The notes: generated by a model from the sequence alone, not told the origin. A DNA stretch of 64,000 nt from Parcubacteria group bacterium (GCA_016180525.1 JACPBB010000001.1:11320-75319), one strand, 5' to 3'; counted from the first letter of the stretch, positions 19,959-30,171 are shown. Numbers and translations: made by a program.

Positions 19959-21032
19959 ATGCTTCAAAAAATTACCACTTTTATCAAATACCACAATGCG
20001 CTGCCATTTGGTGCGCTGGTTCTTTTTTTAGGGTTTGGGGCAGCATTTGCGGCAAATGAAGATTTGCGGGAAACAGCAGCAGCGGCGATACTTTCAAGCA
20101 CCCAAACTGTCGTAAAAGTTGATAATTCGCTTATTTTGAGCGTAAACCTTGAGCAGTTTACTCCTTCCGCACAAATTAATACCGTTACTGAAGACGCCGA
20201 AAATTATTACGTTTCGTACACGCTTTACACAATTGATCTCCAAAACGGGGTCTGGAACACGGTTTCTCGTGGAGAGAATGTAACTGTTTCTAAGACCTTG
20301 CTCGGCAACAACGATCTCGGACTCTTTGTTGCAAAACAAATAAAAGAGGTTACTGATAGACAAGTCCAATATTTAAAAGAAGTACAAGATATAGAACAGG
20401 GGAAAGGAGTAACAGAGAAAACTATCGCAACCACATACAGCGGACTCATTGGAAAGTTTCTTGACCCAAAAGAAGAAACATTCCCGGGATACCAGCCAGT
20501 TATTCCTCCTGAGGTAAAGACAGTAGTGAATACTGATTCACAAGAAACACCTACCGTCGCATCCGCACCTGTGTCTGCACCGGTACCAACGCCGACAACC
20601 TCAACGGTAAACACAGCAAACACAAGCAGCGACACTGTTCCGCCAACAGTTACTATAAATGGAAATAATCCGGCAACTATTGAAATCAGAAAAGGATATT
20701 CTGACAATGGGGTAACGGTTACCGACAATGTAGACCAGAATCTAGGTGTTTCTGTAACAGTAGACGGGGTCTCCGTATCTGAAATACAAATTAACACTTC
20801 TATAGCAGGCGAACATACGATTGTGTATACTGCTACAGATTCAGCGGGAAATAGCACCTCTGCAACAAGAACAGTGATTATAGAAGACCCAAATCCGCCC
20901 ATACAACCGCCGCAAGAAATAACCGCAACAACAACTGAAGAAATAGCGGCAACAACAGAAACAGTATCATCAACAACAACCGATACATCAACTGTTTCAC
21001 CAGAAAGCGGAACATCAACGCCAACAGAATAA
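19959..21032 (+). CDS. Surface protein with Ig-like (DUF5011-type) domain and Thr/Ser/Pro-rich linkers
   Basis: DTVPPTVTINGNNPATIE..YSDNGVTVTDNVD..GEHTIVYTATDSAGN..ATRTVII. Confidence 0.8.
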   Translation: MLQKITTFIKYHNALPFGALVLFLGFGAAFAANEDLRETAAAAILSSTQTVVKVDNSLILSVNLEQFTPSAQINTVTEDAENYYVSYTLYTIDLQNGVWNTVSRGENVTVSKTLLGNNDLGLFVAKQIKEVTDRQVQYLKEVQDIEQGKGVTEKTIATTYSGLIGKFLDPKEETFPGYQPVIPPEVKTVVNTDSQETPTVASAPVSAPVPTPTTSTVNTANTSSDTVPPTVTINGNNPATIEIRKGYSDNGVTVTDNVDQNLGVSVTVDGVSVSEIQINTSIAGEHTIVYTATDSAGNSTSATRTVIIEDPNPPIQPPQEITATTTEEIAATTETVSSTTTDTSTVSPESGTSTPTE

Positions 21033-21066
21033 AAAAATAATCCCGAGTATTCGGGATTATTTTTTT
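21031..21066. terminator. Bidirectional intrinsic terminator
   Basis: aaaaaaataatcccga-gtat-tcgggattattttttt between convergent genes. Confidence 0.8.
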
Positions 21067-22403
21067 GTTATGCGTGGACCTTGTTCAGTATCTTTAATTT
21101 CAAATCCCAAGTTTTCTATTTCTTTTCGGAGCGTATCCGCAACTGCCCAGTCTTCTTTTTTACGCGCTTCTTCACGTCTTTCTGCGATTTCTAGAACCTC
21201 TGCAGGTATCTCTTCTTTTTTTAGAACTTCAAGACCCAAACCCAATACTGCATCAAACAAAATAAGTGTTTTTTTCTTATCTTTTGGCGCGACAGTTTTA
21301 TCTTTAAGAATATCCCAAACAAGCGCAAGCGCTCGCGGAGTGTCTAGGTTGTCGCCTATATATTGTTTAAATTTTTTAACATGTTTGGCGGATTCTTCTC
21401 CAATATCTTCTCCTAATGCTCTATATTGCTCATAGAGCTTTTTTAGGGCATGTTCACTTGCTTCAAGTGCTTCCCACGTAAAATTAACCTGGGTTCTGTA
21501 ATGGACCTGCAAGAGAAAATATCGATAGGATAGGGGAGTAAACTCTTTTTTTACGATATCGGTAAGTGTCATAATATTTCCTTCCGATTTCGCCATTTTT
21601 TTTCCATCAACAAGTACAAATTCGTTGTGGAGCCAATAACGCGCAAGCGATTTCTCCGTTGCGCCCTCTGATTGCGCGATTTCATTTTCATGGTGGGGGA
21701 ATATGAGGTCTTTGCCGCCCGTGTGAATATCAAATCCTTCTCCGAGATATTTCATAGACATCGCAGAGCATTCAATGTGCCAGCCTGGACGTCCTTTTCC
21801 CAGAGAGGTTTCCCAAAACACATTCCCATCATCCTTGTTCCATGCCTTCCAAAGAACAAAATCTTGCGCGTCTTCCTTTTCATATTCATCATGTACAATG
21901 CGCGCGCCTTGTTTTAATTGAATATTTTTAAGTCCCGCAAGCTCCCCGTATTTTTTAAACGCAGAAATTTTAAAATATACAGAATTATCTTCTCCTTTAT
22001 ACGCAAGCCCACGGCGAAGTAAGGTTTCAATGAGTTCTACCATTTCGTCAATGTGATCAGTTGCTCGAACCAACTTGTGAGGAGTTAAAATGTTTAGCGT
22101 AGCAATATCTTCTTCAAAAAATTTTGTATATCTGTCAGTAAGAGCTCTCAATGAAACACCTTCTTCTTGAGAACGTTTAATTGTTTTGTCATCCACATCG
22201 GTAACATTCATTACTTGTGTAACTTTATAGCCATTCAAAACTAAGGCACGCCTTAAAAGATCCCATGTTGTAAATGAGCGCAAATTGCCAATGTGTGCTC
22301 TCCCATAAACCGTTGGCCCGCAATGATACATTGAAACATGCCCCTTTTTGAGGGGTTTAAACAGCTCTTTTTTTCTGGAGAGTGTGTTGTAGAGATGAAT
22401 CAT
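21057..22403 (-). CDS. cysS: Cysteine--tRNA ligase
   Basis: CGPTVY..HIGN, GRPGWHIECSAM, KMAKS. Confidence 0.97.
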   Translation of the reverse strand: MIHLYNTLSRKKELFKPLKKGHVSMYHCGPTVYGRAHIGNLRSFTTWDLLRRALVLNGYKVTQVMNVTDVDDKTIKRSQEEGVSLRALTDRYTKFFEEDIATLNILTPHKLVRATDHIDEMVELIETLLRRGLAYKGEDNSVYFKISAFKKYGELAGLKNIQLKQGARIVHDEYEKEDAQDFVLWKAWNKDDGNVFWETSLGKGRPGWHIECSAMSMKYLGEGFDIHTGGKDLIFPHHENEIAQSEGATEKSLARYWLHNEFVLVDGKKMAKSEGNIMTLTDIVKKEFTPLSYRYFLLQVHYRTQVNFTWEALEASEHALKKLYEQYRALGEDIGEESAKHVKKFKQYIGDNLDTPRALALVWDILKDKTVAPKDKKKTLILFDAVLGLGLEVLKKEEIPAEVLEIAERREEARKKEDWAVADTLRKEIENLGFEIKDTEQGPRITKK

Positions 22404-22485
22404 AGGCGTTAGGCGTTAGGCGTTAGGCGTTAGGCAATCTCAATATTATTCCTAGTGCCTAATGCCTAGCTGCCAGTGCCTAAAC
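22404..22485 (-). repeat. Heptamer hairpin element (TAGGCAC)n-loop-(GCCTAAC)n, corA to cysS
   Basis: Fills the gap from the corA stop to the cysS ATG (..GCCT-ATG). Confidence 0.9.
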
Positions 22486-23400
22486 TTAAAACCATTTCTT
22501 ATGTTTAAAATATAAAAAGAAAACTCCGGCTAAAACAATCATTGCGCCAACGATAAGCCAAAACCCGTTTTCCTCCTCAACAAGCGGCAAATATTCTGTA
22601 TTCATACTAAACAAGGAAGAAAAAAGCGTTAGAGGCAACATAATAAACGCCATAATCGTCAAAACCTTCATAATGTCGTTCGTTTTTGTTGTAAGCAACG
22701 AGTCGTTTGTTGCTTTCAGCTCTCCAAGGATGTCTTTGTCCGCTTCAAACAGAGATGATACTTTATAATATTCTCCCGTAATTGCATGTAAATAATAGTT
22801 AAATTCTTTTCCAAAAAACCCTTCTCCCTCTCGTTCCAATGATTCCAGCACTTGTTTGTGCTGACTTGTTGCTTTTTTAAAATGAAGAAGTTTTCTGTTC
22901 ATTCTTGAAATATGCGGGACCATTTTATGCTCCTTTCCGTTAAAAATATTATTTTCAATTTTATCCAATTCGCTTTGTACATATTCAAGTTCACCCATTA
23001 AATTTTCATATAATTCTTTCATGAGAAAAAAGAAAAGGTACCCCGCATGAGCGCCAACGTTACATTTTTTAAGTACTGCGTTGACACTAAAGAGCCGATT
23101 TGATTTTTCAAGCGAATCAATACTGCTATAGTGCACGGTAACAAAAAAACTTTTACCGATAATAAAGTCTATTTCCTGCTCTATTTCATCGCCGTGGGAA
23201 TGAGAAATGGTTGGGAAATGAAGGATTAAATAAACCAAATTTTTATACACATCCACCTTGGGACGCGCAGAAGGAGAGAGAAGCTCGTCGGCAACAAGAG
23301 GATGAATCGCGTACTCCTCAACAAGCGAACGTACTTCTTCGTGCGTAGGAGACTCCATGTCAATCCATACGAGATCTCCGCATTTTTCTTTGGTAACCAT
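22486..23400 (-). CDS. corA: CorA-family divalent cation transporter
   Basis: WIDMESP, IHPL, RPKVD, TNDIMKVLTI, SMN variant of GMN, two C-terminal TMs. Confidence 0.9.
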   Translation of the reverse strand: MVTKEKCGDLVWIDMESPTHEEVRSLVEEYAIHPLVADELLSPSARPKVDVYKNLVYLILHFPTISHSHGDEIEQEIDFIIGKSFFVTVHYSSIDSLEKSNRLFSVNAVLKKCNVGAHAGYLFFFLMKELYENLMGELEYVQSELDKIENNIFNGKEHKMVPHISRMNRKLLHFKKATSQHKQVLESLEREGEGFFGKEFNYYLHAITGEYYKVSSLFEADKDILGELKATNDSLLTTKTNDIMKVLTIMAFIMLPLTLFSSLFSMNTEYLPLVEEENGFWLIVGAMIVLAGVFFLYFKHKKWF

Positions 23401-23499
23401 ATACATAGTATAGGGTATAACGTATAAAGTATAAAGTATATTTTACCCACATAAATTAAAAAATTTGACCACATAAGTATATGTGCGATAATGGACTAA

Positions 23500-24738
23500 A
23501 TGCATAATAATAATTGGAAATTCTTTTTTCTGCTTATGCTCCTTGTTTTTTCTGGGGCAACTTTTGTATTGGGTATATTCGTAGGATATGAAAATAGGCC
23601 CGAAATCTTAAAAGTTATCTCGCTTGCGAATAAAGAGGCCGCGGTAGTGAGTACTGAATCAACTCTTGTAGACTTTTCTCCTTTTTGGAAATCGTGGAAT
23701 ATTATTGATGAAAAGTTTGTGGGCGTTGCAACAACGACAGGAGAACAAGAGCGTGTCTGGGGAGCAATTAAGGGACTTATAGAGTCGCTTGAAGACCCGT
23801 ATTCGGTCTTTTTCCCTCCAGCAGATGCGGAAACTTTTGCCGAAAACATAGCTGGTAATTTTGGCGGTGTGGGAATGGAAATCGGAATGCGTAACAACAT
23901 ATTAACCGTTATAGCTCCTATTAAAAACACTCCCGCGGAAAAAGCGGGAATAAAAGCGGGGGACAGAATCATTTTTATAGATGAAACGCCAACCTCAGAT
24001 TTAAATATTGAGGAGGCAGTTCGCCTTATCCGAGGCCCCGTCGGAACGTCGGTGGAAATTTCCATAGAGCGTGACAATGTTCAGGATCTCATTGAAATAT
24101 CAGTAGAGCGGGCGGTAATTTCAATTCCAACAATTGATACCGAGGAGCGTACGGATGGAATCTTTGTAATCAAATTATATAATTTTTCAGGAACATCACC
24201 TCAATTATTTAGAGAGGCGCTCCGGGAATTTGTTCTTTCAGGCAAAGATAAACTCCTTATTGACGTAAGAGGAAACGTCGGGGGATTCCTTGAGGCGGCA
24301 GTTGATATTACAAGCTGGTTCTTGCCCCCGGGAAAAATTATCGTAACGGAGGATTTTGGCGGAAAAACAGAGAATACCGTGTATAGAAGCAGGGGGTACG
24401 ATATTTTTAATGAAAACTTAAAATTAGTTATTCTAGTAGACAAAGGTTCTGCTTCGGCAACCGAGATTTTTGCAGGAGCACTTTCTGAACATGGTATTGC
24501 GACACTCGTCGGTGAAAAAACATTTGGGAAAGGGTCTGTCCAGGAATTAATCAATATAACAAGCGATACATCGCTTAAAATAACCGTTGCTCACTGGCTT
24601 ACTCCCAAAGGTAATTCTATTTCTAAAAATGGTATCGTGCCTGATGTGGAAATCCTTATAACACAAAAGGACATTGACTCAAAAAAAGACCCCCAGCTTG
24701 AAAAGGCAGTAGAAATATTAAATAATATAAGGCGCTAG
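23500..24738 (+). CDS. S41 C-terminal processing protease with PDZ domain
   Basis: DPYS, GGVGMEI, RGPVGT, DVRGNVGG, SASATEI, TFGKGSVQ. Confidence 0.93.
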   Translation: MHNNNWKFFFLLMLLVFSGATFVLGIFVGYENRPEILKVISLANKEAAVVSTESTLVDFSPFWKSWNIIDEKFVGVATTTGEQERVWGAIKGLIESLEDPYSVFFPPADAETFAENIAGNFGGVGMEIGMRNNILTVIAPIKNTPAEKAGIKAGDRIIFIDETPTSDLNIEEAVRLIRGPVGTSVEISIERDNVQDLIEISVERAVISIPTIDTEERTDGIFVIKLYNFSGTSPQLFREALREFVLSGKDKLLIDVRGNVGGFLEAAVDITSWFLPPGKIIVTEDFGGKTENTVYRSRGYDIFNENLKLVILVDKGSASATEIFAGALSEHGIATLVGEKTFGKGSVQELINITSDTSLKITVAHWLTPKGNSISKNGIVPDVEILITQKDIDSKKDPQLEKAVEILNNIRR

Positions 24739-24811
24739 CCTTTAGGCACTAGGCTCTAGGAAAAATTAAAAAACCTAACGCCTAAAGTCTGACGCCTAAA
24801 GCCTAAAACCT
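24736..24811 (+). repeat. Heptamer hairpin element, S41 protease gene to rplI (flipped to the + strand along with the genes)
   Basis: TAGGCAC TAGGCTC TAGG-loop-CCTAAC GCCTAAA..GCCTAAA ACCT-ATG. Confidence 0.9.
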
Positions 24812-25255
24812 ATGAAAGTTATCTTATTACAAGATGTCCCTAAGGTGGGAAAAAAATATGAAGTGAAGGAGGTAAAAAACGGCCTTGCCCGTAATTTTCT
24901 TATTCCTAAAAAACTCGTGGAAATAGCAACCGCCGGAACTCTGAAAAAACTAGAAATTTTTAAAGAAAAAAATAAACAGGAGGAAGAAGAAAAAAATAAA
25001 GCACTACGTGACACACTCTCTGCATTAAGCAATAAAACAATTACCATAACCGTACGCGCGGGAGATATGGGGAGCCTTTTTGCTAAAATTACAGCAAAAG
25101 ATATAGCGAACGCAATTAAAAAAGAATATAACGTTAACCTTCCGGAAGAATTAATTATCTTGGAGGAGCCAATTAAAAAAATAGGGGAGTACGATATTGT
25201 GGCGGAAGTAGGGGAGAAAAAAGAAAAATTAAAAGTTGTTATAAAGGCGATATAA
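24812..25255 (+). CDS. rplI: 50S ribosomal protein L9
   Basis: MKVILLQDV..GLARNFLIPKK. Confidence 0.97.
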   Translation: MKVILLQDVPKVGKKYEVKEVKNGLARNFLIPKKLVEIATAGTLKKLEIFKEKNKQEEEEKNKALRDTLSALSNKTITITVRAGDMGSLFAKITAKDIANAIKKEYNVNLPEELIILEEPIKKIGEYDIVAEVGEKKEKLKVVIKAI

Positions 25256-25271
25256 AAAAGAAGCGTTACAA

Positions 25272-25298
25272 TAAAAACTTCCCGCACGGGAAGTTTTT
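25272..25298. terminator. Bidirectional terminator between rplI and rpmA
   Basis: aaaaacttcccg-ca-cgggaagttttt. Confidence 0.75.
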
Positions 25299-25575
25299 AT
25301 TGTAATACAACGTCAATTATTTTTTTCCGAATACTATCTCCGTTAAATTTAATTTTTTTCCTGCTTCTGAATTTTACCACTCCTTCTTTGAGCGCAAAGA
25401 GTGTATGATCTTTTCCCATAGAAACATTTTTCCCTGGAAGTACGCGGGTGCCACGCTGGCGTACAAGAACAAAGCCTGCTTTCGCGGACTGACCATCTTG
25501 GATTTTTATACCGAGATATTTAGGATTTGAATCTCGAAGATTTTTTGCTGAACCTCCTGCTTTTTTATGTGCCAT
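25297..25575 (-). CDS. rpmA: 50S ribosomal protein L27
   Basis: [25 protein letters not shown]. Confidence 0.98.
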   Translation of the reverse strand: MAHKKAGGSAKNLRDSNPKYLGIKIQDGQSAKAGFVLVRQRGTRVLPGKNVSMGKDHTLFALKEGVVKFRSRKKIKFNGDSIRKKIIDVVLQ

Positions 25576-25587
25576 ATGTTAGAAGAT

Positions 25588-25654
25588 TAGGCTTTAGGCA
25601 CTAAGCTCTAGGAAAATAATTCCTAAAAGCCCAACCCAACGCCCACCACGCCTA
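25588..25654. repeat. Degenerate heptamer hairpin element in a divergent spacer
   Basis: TAGGCTT TAGGCAC TAAGCTC TAGG-loop-CCTAAAA GCCCAAC..GCCTA. Confidence 0.75.
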
Positions 25655-25690
25655 CTTGATACCTTATACTCTATACTTATACTGTAATAT

Positions 25691-26068
25691 ATGAAAGAGA
25701 GTATACTGAAAATTATATTAAAAGGCAAGCGAATGGCGAAAAACAGAGAGTTTTTGATAGCTCTCCTTATATTGCTTGTCGGTTTCGGCAGTTTCGGCTT
25801 GGGCAGACTTTCCGCATTAGAAAATAATAAAACCCCTGTTTTTATTGAGTATGAAGAAAAAGAAAATGGCAGATTAGAGGCCGCGGCAGGCCTTTCTGAT
25901 ACGGTGGGGGATAAAAAGTTTGTTGCGTCAAAAAACGGCACAAAATATCATCACCCATGGTGCGCGGGAGCGCAGAGAATAAGCGAGGAAAACAAAATCT
26001 GGTTTGCTTCAAAAGAAGATGCAGAAAAGGCAGGGTATACTCCTGCAGCTAACTGTAAAGGACTTTAG
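25691..26068 (+). CDS. Membrane-anchored protein with Ada-type metal-binding-like domain
   Basis: FVASKNGTKYH..WC..I..EN.IWF..EDAEKAGY.P..C. Confidence 0.75.
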   Translation: MKESILKIILKGKRMAKNREFLIALLILLVGFGSFGLGRLSALENNKTPVFIEYEEKENGRLEAAAGLSDTVGDKKFVASKNGTKYHHPWCAGAQRISEENKIWFASKEDAEKAGYTPAANCKGL

Positions 26069-26070
26069 TT

Positions 26071-27276
26071 ATGCGTTATTTTGACGGAAATATTGAAAAA
26101 GGATTTACCGCGCTCCTTTCAATGCGTGCGATACAAACTCTGGCCGGGGGATTGTTGGGAGTATTCCTACCAATATTTTTATATAATCTTTTTGAAGAAA
26201 ACATACGACCAGTAATTTATTTTTTCCTTGCTTCTTCTTTTGTGTACGTCGTATTGCTTGGAATAGGCGCCCAATTTTTAAACACGTTCGGTTTTAGACG
26301 CGCTCTTGCACTAAGTATTTTATTTGGAGTTTCATTTTACGGACTTTTTTCTTTTGTCACCGAAGAAAATGTTTTATATATAATACCGATATTGCTTTTA
26401 CTTTTAACGCTTGATCGATTGTTATATTGGATTCCATACCATGTTGATTTCGCAAAATTTACTGATAAAGAAAACCGGGGGAGGGAAGTGAGTCTTTTGT
26501 TTGCCTCAATTGAATTTTTAGGAGCCTTAGGCCCAGTTGTTGCTGGGTATCTTCTTGATATTTTAAATTTCAAAGTGTTGTTTATTGTTGCAACAGTTTT
26601 ATATTCTTTCATGTTAATCCCTATCTTTAAAATTCCCAAAACAAATGAGTCCTTTAGCTGGTCATATGGAAAAACATGGAAAGAATTTTTTTCAAAAGAA
26701 CGACGAGCGGCTCTTATTGCCCTTGGGGCAATCGGGGCAGAGAACACGGTTGCGGTGGTCATCTGGCCAATTTTCATTTTTGAGATTCTGCATGGAAATT
26801 ATCTCCAAATCGGAGCACTTTCAACAATCGTAGTGGGCCTCACAATCGCTTTACAGCTCGGAACGGGCAAATATATTGATTTTGGTTCAATGGCAAAACA
26901 AAAGACGCTACGTATTGGGAGCCTTTTTTATGCCGTAGGCTGGATTATCAAAATTTTCGTCGCCACCGCGTTTCAAATCTTTATTGTGGGGTTTTACCAC
27001 GGGCTCACTAAAATATTCACTATGACGCCATTTGACACCCTTATTTACGAAATAGCAGCAGATTCAGGGCATTATGTGGACGAATTTACCGTATTACGGG
27101 AAATGGCAATACATACGGGCAGAGTTTTAACCCTAATCCTTATACTCGGGTTTTTGTTTTTCTTTAACCTCGAATCAACGTTTATAATTGCCGCGACAGC
27201 ATCACTACTCCTTAATGCAGTGTATTTTATACGCAAACCGGAGCTTCGTGGAAATATAATGCATAAGCATGTATAA
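26071..27276 (+). CDS. MFS transporter
   Basis: About 12 TMs, D.ENRGRE and GKYID motifs. Confidence 0.85.
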   Translation: MRYFDGNIEKGFTALLSMRAIQTLAGGLLGVFLPIFLYNLFEENIRPVIYFFLASSFVYVVLLGIGAQFLNTFGFRRALALSILFGVSFYGLFSFVTEENVLYIIPILLLLLTLDRLLYWIPYHVDFAKFTDKENRGREVSLLFASIEFLGALGPVVAGYLLDILNFKVLFIVATVLYSFMLIPIFKIPKTNESFSWSYGKTWKEFFSKERRAALIALGAIGAENTVAVVIWPIFIFEILHGNYLQIGALSTIVVGLTIALQLGTGKYIDFGSMAKQKTLRIGSLFYAVGWIIKIFVATAFQIFIVGFYHGLTKIFTMTPFDTLIYEIAADSGHYVDEFTVLREMAIHTGRVLTLILILGFLFFFNLESTFIIAATASLLLNAVYFIRKPELRGNIMHKHV

Positions 27277-27390
27277 GAAGGGCTAAAGCGCTTTTTGCAC
27301 AGCAAAAACGCTTGCCCAAACATCCCACCATATTATAGGCGGGAGTGTTTTAGGGGATAGCGGTTTTTGAGTGTTTTTGAGATAGAAACA

Positions 27391-27490
27391 ATGTCGCACA
27401 ATATACATTTTCCGACACTAATACAGTGTCGGAACAATGTACTCGCCATTGTGCGACTAAACTGTGTTTTGTCGCACAATGGCTCTTTGC
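27391..27490. other. Cluster of nested palindromes including a dif/Xer-like site
   Basis: TGTCGCACAA-TATACA-TTTTCCGACA (27392-27417) plus inverted repeats ttccgacact/agtgtcggaa and gccattgtgcgac/gtcgcacaatggc. Confidence 0.5.
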
Positions 27491-27601
27491 GACGTATATT
27501 CTAATAAAGGGTCGTAAAAGATAAGAAAGGTTGTGCAATGTTTCTCAATTATGAACTATCATGGCTCTTGCGAACTATATTTTCATTTTATATAGATCAA
27601 A

Positions 27602-28117
27602 CTATAAAGATGAGAACTTGTTTTCGATTTCTTTGACTACAAATGGAATTACCATCTCGTTTGTGAGTTGAGTATCGTCTGGTTGAAGTACTTCAATATT
27701 ATATTCATAGTCACCGGGCTCAGTAAGTTTAAATCCTGTAAATATAGCCCTATGCCTGCAGTTAATTTTGTGGGGTTTAAATTCAATTTTCGTAAGAAAT
27801 TCCATTAAAGCTTTACCTTTGGGATTGATCAACGAAATTTTAATATTTGTTTTTATTTCATTATCAAATAATTCATAATTTCCCATTCTTCGAAACATTG
27901 TTACTACTTCGTGTTGTACTGGTACTAGAAGAGCTTCTTTTTTTTGTTGTTTCATTCCTTCAAAATCTATTTTTTGAACATTTACCTGATTGATTAGATT
28001 AAAAAGAGAAATATTATTTTTTTCCTGATCTATAGAAGACATGCTGCAGATCAGACCCCAGACCCCTCTTATCTGTTTTGTAATACTGCTTTTTTTCCCT
28101 ATCGTTTCCTTTGACAT
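27602..28117 (-). CDS. Hypothetical beta-sandwich protein (DUF6941-like)
   Basis: LIC..SIDQEKNNISLFNL..PGDYEYNIEV; family assignment is from memory. Confidence 0.55.
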   Translation of the reverse strand: MSKETIGKKSSITKQIRGVWGLICSMSSIDQEKNNISLFNLINQVNVQKIDFEGMKQQKKEALLVPVQHEVVTMFRRMGNYELFDNEIKTNIKISLINPKGKALMEFLTKIEFKPHKINCRHRAIFTGFKLTEPGDYEYNIEVLQPDDTQLTNEMVIPFVVKEIENKFSSL

Positions 28118-28121
28118 CTAA

Positions 28122-28418
28122 TTAAACCCCAACAAAAGCACTTTTTGCTGTATAAATGGGGTAGTCTTTTTTAAATTCAATAGATTTTGGCTTTTTTGAA
28201 TCTAAATCTGATAATGCTCTTATCACAAGAATATCTCCGTCAATTAAAATAATCACATCATTTTTTGATGAATCTAATATTTCAATTCCAAGCACCTCAC
28301 CCTCTTTATTTACGTCGTAAAAAATGCTTTCATTCAAGGACTTAGTTTTGAATACTTTACCCTTTTTTATAGATACATATTTTGCATCTACTTTTTTATC
28401 GTAAGTTATCTTCATCAT
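28122..28418 (-). CDS. DUF2283 domain protein (putative antitoxin)
   Basis: MKITYD..VDA.Y.SI..YD.NKEGEVLGIEILD. Confidence 0.85.
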   Translation of the reverse strand: MMKITYDKKVDAKYVSIKKGKVFKTKSLNESIFYDVNKEGEVLGIEILDSSKNDVIILIDGDILVIRALSDLDSKKPKSIEFKKDYPIYTAKSAFVGV

Positions 28419-28624
28419 ATTATTGTAATAATAACAAATTTACCTTTCTCCTTCTTATAAATTACTGTAATATTTCGTCCATCAATTTTTTTTTCTACCT
28501 TAATCCTGCCCTCAAATTGATTAACTTTTGTTGTAGGATTTGAAATTGTTTTTTTAATCTTGTCTGTGTCAATAAAACGCTCCATGGCACGATATTTCGC
28601 ATGGTTTGACATGACTATTTTCAT
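28415..28624 (-). CDS. DUF4258 domain protein (RelE-like putative toxin)
   Basis: S.HA..R..ER.I....I...I.NP..V.Y..E....IITII; 4-nt overlap with the DUF2283 gene. Confidence 0.8.
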   Translation of the reverse strand: MKIVMSNHAKYRAMERFIDTDKIKKTISNPTTKVNQFEGRIKVEKKIDGRNITVIYKKEKGKFVIITII

Positions 28625-28722
28625 ATCTAATTATGATACATTTAAACAAAAATTCATAGTTCTGTCGAGATCTTAAAAATAACTTACTCCCCTCTCTGTT
28701 TAGTCGGTAATTTTATTATTTT

Positions 28723-29286
28723 TTATATTATCGTAATCTCCTTATGTGGAAGTTTCCCACTTCTTATCCAATTTTCACGCTCACCAAATTTTAATTTTTT
28801 GGGTATACGCCCATAAGGAGTTTCAAAATAATAATAAATTCTTAAAATTCCTCTATCAAAGTTTCCTCCTATTCTTAAAAAAAGAGTCTTGGCATCTGGG
28901 TGTACGGGCAAACTAGCAACACCTCTATATAAGTAATAATCCTTGCCATCTATAGAATATATCGGTTTTGCACGAGTATCGACTTTCCATAATTTTTCAC
29001 CCTCAAGCGTTATTAGATGTAATTCCTTTTTTTCTATAAAATCTACGGGGAAAAGTAAACCAAATGCAACATCTCCACTAGAAAATCCGAGCCTTGATTT
29101 TGAATTGAATATAGATAAATCTAATATTGGCACCTTATAACCTTTTGTAATTGTTTCCCCTGGTATAAAATTTAAATCTAGTTCTAATTTTGGTATTCTG
29201 TCGAAATGTAACCATAAAGAAAAAACAATTGATGCAATAAGGCTTGATAGTATTCCGATACTAAATGTTTCAATTAGAAACTTCAT
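28723..29286 (-). CDS. Hypothetical membrane-anchored protein (low GC)
   Basis: 187-aa ORF with N-terminal TM. Confidence 0.65.
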   Translation of the reverse strand: MKFLIETFSIGILSSLIASIVFSLWLHFDRIPKLELDLNFIPGETITKGYKVPILDLSIFNSKSRLGFSSGDVAFGLLFPVDFIEKKELHLITLEGEKLWKVDTRAKPIYSIDGKDYYLYRGVASLPVHPDAKTLFLRIGGNFDRGILRIYYYFETPYGRIPKKLKFGERENWIRSGKLPHKEITII

Positions 29287-29493
29287 AGAATTTAGTTTTA
29301 AGTCATTAAGTACTTAAACCATTTTTAGCATTTTACGCTCCCCTGTTTATAAATCAAGCATAAAATTTAAAATTATTTTATCTCGTAAAAACTACTTTTT
29401 TCTCCCTCGCTTTATGTCTCATTAATATATTGACATTTATATACTTTGGTGTTATTTTATTTTTAGTTTTTAATTTGAAAAAAGATTAAGACC

Positions 29494-29964
29494 ATGATCG
29501 TTATTAGCATCAGACATGCCGCAGAAGATATTTCAACCAAAAATTTAAATGAAGAAGGACTTAGGTCCGCCTCACAGCTTGCAGAAATTATTGAAATAGA
29601 ACTTGAAAGACTTGTTCCCCCGATAAAAAATGGTCAAATCATGTTAGTAAGCTCCCCTGTCGCACGTGCATTGCAGACAGCTGAACCTATAGCAAAAATC
29701 CTCGACATTACTACGAATGAGTCTGCGTGCCTTGGTGAAGACTGGATGAAGGAAGAAAAAAGGCTTCAAATGCTTTTTGAGCTTCTTGGAGAAAATTTGC
29801 CCAAAGTGCTTATTATAGTTACGCATTTACATGAGGCAAGTTATATGCCTATTTTAATATCTGAAAAATTATCGGGTATCACACCAAGAAAATTTGAGTT
29901 CAAGAAAGGTAATGCAACCTTACTCAACACTGAAACAGGTCAAAATCGCTGGATCTACCTGTAG
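29494..29964 (+). CDS. Histidine phosphatase family (SixA-like)
   Basis: RHA, LNEEG, SSPVARALQTA, IVTH; upstream TTGACA-17-TATTTT at 29430-29458. Confidence 0.85.
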   Translation: MIVISIRHAAEDISTKNLNEEGLRSASQLAEIIEIELERLVPPIKNGQIMLVSSPVARALQTAEPIAKILDITTNESACLGEDWMKEEKRLQMLFELLGENLPKVLIIVTHLHEASYMPILISEKLSGITPRKFEFKKGNATLLNTETGQNRWIYL

Positions 29965-30171
29965 CGCCAACAAAACCGCACTCTACGAGCGGTTTTCTTT
30001 TTTCCCAAAAAGACCTACCCCAAGGAAAACAACCGTGCATCCGCCACATAGTCATGTGTGGCGGACTTTTTTATCTTCAAACTACTAAATTTTTACAAAA
30101 ACACCTATTGGCTTGAATAGGTGTTTTATTTGTATCATCTTGGAAAATTTACACAGAAACGGAGATATGTA

